Assembly (NCBI GenBank): GCA_030141605.1
Contig: JAQGDQ010000189.1
Location: 62,001-126,000 of the forward strand
Direction of reading: 5' to 3'
Source: Tubiluchus corallicola
Taxonomy: Eukaryota; Animalia; Priapulida
Length of the DNA: 64,000 nucleotides
Both the position numbers and the translations under genes were made by a program. The notes under the pieces were generated by a model, which saw only the letters and a program-made list of their open reading frames with translations, had not been told where the DNA came from and did not search any database. This document shows, piece by piece, positions 55,465 through 64,000 of the stretch. The stretch's first letter is position 1, and each line of letters opens with the position of its first letter.

Positions 55465-57144
55465 TGCACGGTTGAGTTACACCACACATGTGCATGCATT
55501 GTTGAATTTAACTACATACACGCGTGCATTGTTGAGTTTAACCACATACATGCATGCACTGTTGAGTTAAACCACATACGTGCATGCATTGTTGAGTTAA
55601 GCCACATACGTACATGCATTGTTGAGTTTAACCACATACGTACATGCATTGTTGAGTTAAGCCACATACGTGCATGCATTGTTGAGTTAAACCACATACG
55701 TGCATGCATTGTTGAGTTTAACCACATACGTGCATGCACTGTTGAGTTAAGCCACATACGTACATGCATTGTTGAGTTTAACCACGTACGTGCATGCATT
55801 GTTGAGTTAAGCCACATACGTACATGCATTGTTGAGTTTAACCACATACGTGCATGCATTGTTGAGTTAAGCCACATACGTACATGCATTGTTGAGTTAA
55901 GCCACAAACGTACATGCATTGTTGAGTTTAACCACATACGTGCGTGCATTGTTGAGTTTAACCACATACGTACATGCATTGTTGAGTTTAACCACATACG
56001 TACATGCATTGTTGAGTTAAACCACATACGTGCATGCATTGTTGAGTTTAACCACATACGTGCATGCATTGTTGAGTTTAACCACATACGTGCATGCATT
56101 GTTGAGTTAAGCCACATACGTGCATGCATTGTTGAGTTTAACCACATACGTACATGCATTGTTGAGTTTAACCACATACGTACATGCATTGTTGAGTTTA
56201 ACCACATACGTGCATGCATTGTTGAGTTTAACTACATACGTACATGCATTGTTGAGTTTAACCACATACGTGTGTGTGCATTGTTGAGTTTAACCACATA
56301 CGTGCATGCATTGTTGAGTTTAACCACATACGTACATGCATTGTTGAGTTTAACCACATACGTGCATGCATTGTTGAGTTTAACCACATACGTGCATGCA
56401 TTGTTGAGCTTAACCACATGTGTGCATGCATTGTTGAATTTAACTACATACGTGCGTGCATTGTTGAGTTTAACCACATACGTGTGTGCATTGTTGAGCT
56501 TAACCACATGTGTGCATGCATTGTTGAGTTTAACCACATACGTGCGTGCATTGTTGAGTTTAACCACATACGTGTGTGCATTGTTGAGCTTAATCACATA
56601 CGTGCATGCATTGTTGAGTTTAACCACATACGTATGCACTGTTGAGTTTAACCACATACGTGCATTGTTGAGTCATATGTACATGCATTGTTGAGTTTAA
56701 CCACATACGTGCATGCATTGTTGAGTTTAACCACATACGTACGTGCATTGTTGAGCTTAACCACATGTGTGCATGCATTGTGGAGTTTAACCACATACAC
56801 ACGTGTATTGTTGAGTTTAACCACATACACACGTGCATTGTTGAGCTTAACCACATGTGTGCACGCATTGTTGAATTTAACTACATACTTACGTGCATTG
56901 TTGAGCTTAACCACATATACACGTACATTGTTGAGTTTAACCACATACGTGTGTGCATTGTTGAGCTTAACCACATACACACGTGCATTGTTGAGCTTAA
57001 CCACATGTGTGCACGCATTGTTGAATTTAACTACATACTTACGTGCATTGTTGAGCTTAACCACATACACACGTGCATTGTTGAGTTTAACCGCATATCT
57101 ATGCGCACTGTTGAGTTTAACCACCTAGGCGTGAGCATTGTTGA
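55465..57144. repeat. 30-bp minisatellite, ~55 copies (GTTGAGTTTAACCACATACGTGCATGCATT)
   Basis: Directly visible 30-bp periodicity with two small indels. Confidence 0.98.
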
Positions 57145-58442
57145 AGGCACTGGAAACTTAGTGACTTCACTCCAAAATTAATACAACTTAATTTGTGCCT
57201 GTGCGAAGCTCTTCGTCAGTTTTGAAATATGATATAGTTATCAGCAATGTTGATATTAAAAACTAAGTTTGACACTCACTCACATTTTGCCTTCAGTTGG
57301 TGCCGTAATTATATAAAGTTAAAGGGTTAACGCAGCCGCTGAAGTTTACATTCTTTTTGTAATTGAGTCCTGCATCAAAGCCAATGACTCACCAAAAGTG
57401 TCCGGGGCCATTCTAGCGAAAAGGGAGAATTTCTCCACGTTGTCCCTTAACTGGTCGCACCCGATAACGATAGCAATTATCACAAAGTCTTAATAACAAT
57501 AAGTGCTCAGTGAAAACGTTATATTGTCCCCATTATCCAGGATGGCAAGTTATTTGGATGCTAGAGTTGAGACGGTTAGAGTCACCGTTAGGACTAACCA
57601 TTTAACCATTATTAAATGGTTAACTGTTCCCGATGACGTCATACATATAAGAAAATATCAAAAGCACACGAGTAAGCGCTGCTGTTCAAATGTAGTGTGC
57701 GCCAGCGAGAATGTTCAACATAGCGGCATCCGCGAATGAAAAGCTTTCTACCTACAACTTACCACTAAATGCATCTTGGGCAACCAGATTAATTGAAACA
57801 ATGTTGAAAATAGTACAATTTTATGAAAGTTGGACATTGCTAACTAAATACGCCAACTCGGAAAAGATATAAGGTTTCATTAGTATGGATATGTAGAAAA
57901 CTTGGCTAAGTAACGATTACACGATTAGTGATTTTCTAAATGGTTACATCAGTTAGCAGCTGGCTAAATGGTTAACTGTCTCAGCCATAATGGATGCGTA
58001 AAAAAGTGCGCAGTTTCTGTGTGAAATGAACTTTTTTGCTGCATGAGTTTTCGAGAAAGAAATCAACAAATATTCTGAAAAATTTCTAATTTTCTGACAG
58101 CAATTCCACGCGTCATTTTTCTAACGTCCTCACTGTAAAATGGACCTTAGGTAGATGAATTTACATAATGCATAATGTAAGGATTCATTCACACAGGTAG
58201 CTACTATTGTTGTGCAGATGGAGAAGTGCATTTGGTGGAATTGACAACCGACATTGGCAGGTTAATCAGACTCCTGGAACTGTTGTGGACTGAAGAAATT
58301 AATTGCTGGAAATACTGTTTTACATGCATAATTGTATTCTACATTGGATTCTACTCATAATCCAAATAAACACAATAATTAAGTGATCTATGCTTATGAG
58401 CTAAACTTGCTCTTCAGTGTGAAAAAACTACTACATTAAACT

Positions 58443-58504
58443 CAGGAAGGCAAGTGTGCCTAGTTTTATATATATATATATAACTAGGCACACTTGCCTT
58501 CCTG
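58443..58504. repeat. Perfect 23-bp inverted repeat around a (TA)n core
   Basis: CAGGAAGGCAAGTGTGCCTAGTT - TTATATATATATATAT - AACTAGGCACACTTGCCTTCCTG. Confidence 0.95.
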
Positions 58505-59324
58505 CTAATATGCATATATATTAGCCTTGCCAGAGTTGGATACAATGTCATTGTCATGACGATGGCACTGTTTGCACAGGCTTATAGGTAGACATGAAAC
58601 ATTTAAGTGAAAAACGAGATGTTTTAGATCTAATCCTTGACCCTAAGATTCAGGGGTGAGGGTTGTTGTCATTAATTCGGCTGTCATAATTATTGAAAGA
58701 CCACAGAATTTTAGTAACGCAAGAAACACTACTTAGCCGTATTGCAGTTTTCCTCGAGGATTTATCTTTAGGCCATTTATCAGAGGGGAATTGCTGACAG
58801 AAAATAACAGCAAGTCTGGTCAGCATATGGATGGTTGGTTGCAAAGAGTGGTAGGTTTATCTGCTATGGCACTACGTCCACTTATTTATATCATTAAGGG
58901 AGGATTTATGTATGTGTGACTATAACTGTGGCACTTTTGCCAGTTCTGTATCTCATTTTAGGAGATTCCCTGGATACTGAATTGATTCTGATCCTTCCTC
59001 AGTATATTTTTGCAGTGTGTTTGTTCCTATACATATATAATGATCTTTATTTGCCATTAAAATACATTGATAATCACTGATAAAAACTTTACAGAGATGA
59101 TCAATCAGTGTTAGTTAATAAAAACTTACACTGCTAAAGGCAAATGCGTCAGTGCATTCTAAACTACTGTGCAGTAATGGAAAGTAACGACAAATAAAAT
59201 CAAACATATTTACAACTATGCACAAAAAAATGAAAAAATTATGATTTAATTAATATGGCAGTGGATACATAAATTCTGAATTAGTGTGTATGTTGTCGTA
59301 CTGGTGTGACGGTATTTCATATCT

Positions 59325-59465
59325 GGTTAATATTAGTGATTTTAATTTTGTTTTAAATGCTGATAGGGACTTCCTTTGTTTAACCTGTAATGGTAGAGAA
59401 ATCCAAAGTAGAATTGCTTGCTTGATTACAGAGTTCGTTCCATAGTGGGTATTTGTCCTATGTTG
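59325..59465 (-). mobile_element. 3' remnant of a CR1/L2-clade LINE ORF2, inside an intron
   Basis: RTNTHYGTNS...LWISLP......SLSAFKTKLK..I matches the W(N)xLP...SLxxFKxxLK C-terminal signature. Confidence 0.65.
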
Positions 59466-59664
59466 TTCCATAGTCCGATACAAAACATATAGCAGCAGCA
59501 AAATATTAAGAGATAACTACAAAGCGTATTAATAGGTGTCAGCACAAACTAAGTGCTAATGAAAAATTAAATTTAAAAACACAAATCAAATTTCATAACT
59601 ACGAGTAAATTAGTTAAACGAAAAGTAAATATTAAACTGAGCTCACACCTGCGACAGCACTCAC

Positions 59665-59826
59665 CTGGCTTGAAAATTTTACAGTCCCTGCCATCAAGGA
59701 TGATCATGTCACTGAGAGCCAGCGCCCTCTCAAGGCAAAATGGCAAAATACTGGAAATGAATGCTGCACGAACATTCTCTGATAATTCATTTTCAAAATA
59801 CCGGGACAATCCCTCGACAGCGAATC
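59665..59826 (-). CDS. Spliced exon (162 nt, phase 1-1) of a PARG-like eukaryotic gene
   Basis: Acceptor TTTTATAG|, donor CAG|GTGAGT; FAVEGLSRYFENELSENVRAAFISSILPFCLERALAL resembles the PARG helical domain. Confidence 0.6.
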
Positions 59827-60405
59827 CTATAAAAGTTATATATCATCATTAAATAATAATAAGGTTAATTCATAAATACTGTTTTCTTTACATTCACATT
59901 TGTAAAAAACATATTTAAAAAACTTACAGCGAATAACCAATCCAAATCTACACTATATATAAAGACAGAATAGCTTACATATTTATAATTGTGTTACCAT
60001 AACAACCAAATGTATCAACAAACAAACAATACAGACGAAAGAAAATATTAGAAGATCGGAAGAAATACGATAATTCCGTACAGTGAAAAACCATTTAAAA
60101 CATTTATATTAAATGTACATAACACCTGCTATATTATTTACAGGGTTAATAAAGATTATTAGTAAGTACTCCAACTTATATCAGCACACGGAGATTCAAG
60201 TTATTAAAACGCCACTAATTGACTGAGCAAATCTGACACTGTCTAAATAACAACAAAAATGAACTTTGTAGAAAGTAAGTTCTTCATTGTGAAACACAAG
60301 TTTTGTATGTGTACATAAAAAAATGTTGTCTGATATATGCACTCAATCAGTTTTCAACTTTCAGTTTTAAGAAAAACGTAATCAAGTAATGTCGCAACAA
60401 CTCAC

Positions 60406-60565
60406 TGTAATTTTGGTCCGAATCATAACCAATTTCTCTCCAAACTACCGGCAATACGTCAATAAAGTCATCGATGCAGTCAACAGATTTCAACCGCGAC
60501 AGTGCAAGCTTTGCCTTCTGCCATTCACCCACGAAATCAACCGGGTGATTTACAACTGAAGACAT
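60406..60565 (-). CDS. First coding exon of the same PARG-like gene
   Basis: Acceptor TTTTTTCATAG| at 60605/60604, in-frame stop then ATG at 60565, donor A|GTGAGT at 60406/60405; phase matches the next exon. Confidence 0.55.
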
Positions 60566-61477
60566 CGTGTCCAAATGTCCCAATTACAAGACAGCTACTC
60601 CATCCTATGAAAAAATCAAACTTAGAAGGTCATAAAGCATCCTATGATAACAGAGGGATTGCAAAACGTCAATTAATCAGTGGGACTCCACCTCACAATG
60701 GAAAATCGGACACTGTGACTGGCTACTAGGGCTGAGTATTCTCTACCAGAAAGCGAATTCAAATCGAATCGAATTTCGGATTCCAATCGATCATCAAGTA
60801 ATAATGTTTAACCTCTTAGTCTTACATAAAGCCTTGACATCATGGACATATCATTGATCTACATAATTAGCCACTATTTCTTGTAGACGCCAGCATAACA
60901 CTAGATACATTTTTCTGAATAAGTGACAAATTGCTACAAAACGTACACTTATTTTTCCTCTTTTTCTCGTACGTTTATAGTTATTCTGTATGGTAGGACA
61001 GGGAGCAATGACTTAGTAACTGGCCATTTGCGATCTGTGTCGTACTATTATGTTTGTCCACCCATTGCTTACATTAGCCGCATATGCTAATAGAGTACTT
61101 CGGTTATAGAGTATTCATTGGTCTCTAGCAGGTTCGCTATGATTTTGCACTACATAGCAGAAAGCCAAGACAGTTTCGCGATTCTGAGGAACAGCAGGTA
61201 GAACCAAGACAAACAGAGTAATGAATTTCAATAAAAAACTATTCCTATATAATTTTAGTCCTTATACTTACCGAGAGCTGCTATCTGTTTAGAATAATAC
61301 TTTTAATATTTCGTTCATTTCGACTTATCACTAAATAAGATTAATATATTTCAACTTTCCCACCCGAAAAGAGAACTGCTACAAAAATCTGTGAAACGCC
61401 ATCTTTAAAATTAATCGTGCACAAATACGGAAAATTGCCAACGCCAACTTTACAAAACAGCAGTTGAATATTTAAAA

Positions 61478-61549
61478 GTAATTAATAATAACTATAAACT
61501 AATAATGATAATAATAATAATCATAATAATAATAATTAAACAATAATTA
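61478..61549. repeat. Imperfect (ATA)n microsatellite
   Basis: Runs of ataata. Confidence 0.8.
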
Positions 61550-62727
61550 AAAAGAGGAGTATGACTGACTGGAATAGTGATCAGAAAATTGTAACTATCC
61601 TGAAAGCAGAGAGGAGAAAGGAAGCTAACATGAGTTAAGAACATGTCACTGACATGTAATTCGCCTTGAGTTGCCAACTGAAATCTCCTGTGTTTAACCA
61701 TTTAAGCACTCTGTATCTTTTTCCTTTTGCTGGTCTGGCTTCTACGCACTTTTTATGCGAGTCATAAGCAAGATAGAATTTCGTTATAACAGCTCCAACT
61801 CATCACTTTAAGGAGTGGCCATTGTCTTATAATGCTATTCTGTTCTCAATGGCTTAAAAAGCCGTAATCCAAAATAATGAACTTTACACCTCTAATTCCT
61901 ACACTAACTCTTTTTACAACAATTTTGCAATAACAACTGTTTGACGTAAATAGAATTCGCCTATCGGTCTTTTTTGTTTCACGTGTTTTTGTTTGATTGT
62001 TGCAGCTAACAAAAGATGAGACTTCAATTAATGCAATTAAATGTACAATTTTTTATAGACATTGTCAGTTTTGTCACATACGCAGGAGCGTAGGACTGAA
62101 TCAAACGCTTGCTTTGAGCCTCTAAGTTACCCTGTACACGATTTCTAAAAGAAAATGGCTGCGCGCGTGAAAGTATTTTTGCTTTTTCCTAAAAGATGTT
62201 TGAACGTTCGTGGAATTTGTTCACTTTGTTTGTATGAACCGAATAAAATGTGTGTATTTACCTCGTTTATTTGTTTATTTTTGGACTGTAGAACAGTAAA
62301 ATTATTAATTCAGATAATTGTTTGCGAAGTTTTAGAGAGCTTACTCCAAGTAAATTATTGTTGTGCGTTTAATGCAGTAGCCCATATTTTTACGGGGTTT
62401 TCAGGATCTTGAAAGAGTGGTCGTGGGACGCAATGCAACGTTATGTCAAACTTATGTAATTTTATTTAGTATATTTTAGTATCAACTTTCTTTTCCAGTT
62501 TGTTCGTACGCAATGGACAGCTATTGTCTAGTCATAGCACTCTATTTGCCCGAGGTGCTAATGATAATACAAACAGCAACAACAAAACCAAGTCGGATAC
62601 GGTTGATACAGATGGTAAAGTTTGCATCATTGTTTTTTAGAACTTTTTCTACATGGATTTCCAATTAATTTCTGCAAGATATCAGTTTTTATTTTTCTTG
62701 ATTACTGCCTGGTGTAATACTTTTCAC

Positions 62728-63160
62728 AGTTTTGTTGTGCGCGTGCGCAGTTGCTGCAGGTCAAAGGTTAAGCGTAGCACAGCAACATGTCTTAACTACA
62801 ACTGTCACACGACATGTAGATAAAGCAAAGCTGTCTGCCGCATCAGTTCAGTAACTTCAGTTGCTTTACATGGACTTTACTTAATTATGCATAGCTGTCT
62901 GCCACATCAGTTCAGTAACTTCAGCTGTTTTACGCGGACTTTACTTAATTATGCATTAGTCCACGCATAGAGTGATTTGTTAACAGGATCGTTCTTAATA
63001 AATGAATAAAAAAATGAGCTCGGTAAGGTTCTAGCTAGCCGTTAAAACTGTTACTGTTATAATAGCTAGGGCTGTGAAGCATTGTCAAGTGTACACAAAT
63101 GTGTTGTCTGGTACACTTAACCTTTGATCTTTTCACGATCATCATCAGTCGCTGAAACTA
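62728..63160 (+). mobile_element. MITE-like dispersed repeat, copy C, with an internal 64-bp tandem duplication (62829-62956)
   Basis: Homologous to copies A and B; ends ...GCTGAAACTA. Confidence 0.78.
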
Positions 63161-64000
63161 TTAAAAGGCTTATTATTATGAATGAAAAATTTATATTGCG
63201 TAGTGCACTTCATCATTTAAAATTTCGGCACCCTGAACAATAAAATACACTTAAAGTTCGAAAGATACGTTCGTTAAAAATTAAATTACACCAAAAAAAT
63301 GAAAATTAATGCACGATAAAAGGTACAATCTAAAAGTGCTCTCTTGAGAATACACTCATCTGTAGGAATTAACTTTCAAAGTTTCTATAGATAATAAAGT
63401 AACGCTGGTATGCGAACATTTCGAACAATGGTGGGTGCAAAATACAAGTGATGCATTAGAAATTCTCAAGTTTGTTAAAATGTTTGGAACTTTTCCGTAT
63501 AAAAAAATTCCTATGTTTAAAGAAGATCATTTTAATAGTAAAATATTATATTTAGTGTACTTTTTTTTAATTAATTTATTTCACTGCAGCAATACATCAA
63601 CATACAATATTATTGAAAAAAAAAGAAACAGTATAGGTAATAAAACGTTGATGAAGTCAAATTAACCAAATAAAAGAGTTGCTGTATGACACCTTGAAAG
63701 CTTGGCTTGTAAAGGTGGCTCAAATGAGTGAATGAAAGAATGGTTAGGATCAGAAGAAATCATGAAATGGAAAAAATAGTAAGATTAGGTATAGGAAGAA
63801 GGAAGAGAGGAGACGAAACGACCACAGTATATGTTTAATTTACATAGAGGTATATTAGAATAGCATTATAATTGATTGGAGGCCATATATTGCGACTGCA
63901 TGAGACATGGAAGCATTAAAATTGTATTATAAGTATGAATGAAAAATGGTCCTTTTCAAGTCTTTTTGAAACTATAAATAGTTTTGTGTATTTTTGCTTG

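Larger units (their letters stand above)
49458..64000. other. Eukaryotic, probably metazoan, nuclear DNA
   Basis: No bacterial genes; AT-rich; satellites, MITE-like dispersed repeats, LINE tail, microsatellites, and phase-compatible GT-AG exons. Confidence 0.88.

Noticed and set aside
55447-57181. 415-aa and other long ORFs, or a CRISPR array, in the 30-bp repeat
   Set aside because: The ORFs result from a stop-free 30-bp unit and occur on both strands; there are no unique spacers and no cas genes.
60727-61127. hAT-like MITE (TAGGGCTG...CGAATCGAAT...TCTCTA)
   Set aside because: Ends match only weakly and no 8-bp TSD is visible.
49458-64000. Prophage, plasmid or low-GC bacterial island
   Set aside because: Almost no coding density and no phage or plasmid genes; spliceosomal signals and animal-type repeats are present instead.

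Overview
The window holds two different kinds of DNA. (1) Bases 1 to ~48,500 are gene-dense bacterial DNA of Bacteroidota type (Bacteroidales/Marinilabiliales-like, judged from protein families and gene order). It carries recQ, two IMPDH genes, surA, ostA, dnaG, cobB, ubiX, comF, ribE, ROK kinase/sugar MFS, glyA, ClC channel, recG, tRNA-Val(GAC), rseC-rnfBCDGEA, hsp20, trmD, argH and the start of gltB. It also has two full IS256 copies with 8-bp target-site duplications, IS256 scraps, a broken ISL3 and truncated genes. (2) gltB breaks after ~71 codons at a 10-bp microhomology into a 961-bp inverted copy of rnfG'-rnfE-rnfA' (48497-49457). From 49458 to the end the DNA looks like animal nuclear DNA. 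It contains a fold-back repeat with three degenerate minimal hammerhead-ribozyme motifs (Penelope-like signature), 121-bp, ~153-bp and 30-bp tandem arrays, and a three-copy MITE-like family. It also has a CR1/L2-type LINE tail and GT-AG spliced exons resembling part of poly(ADP-ribose) glycohydrolase. The most economical reading is a symbiont/host chimeric contig (amplification or assembly template switch). True integration of symbiont DNA into a host chromosome cannot be excluded from sequence alone. All product names come from motif recognition, not database searches.
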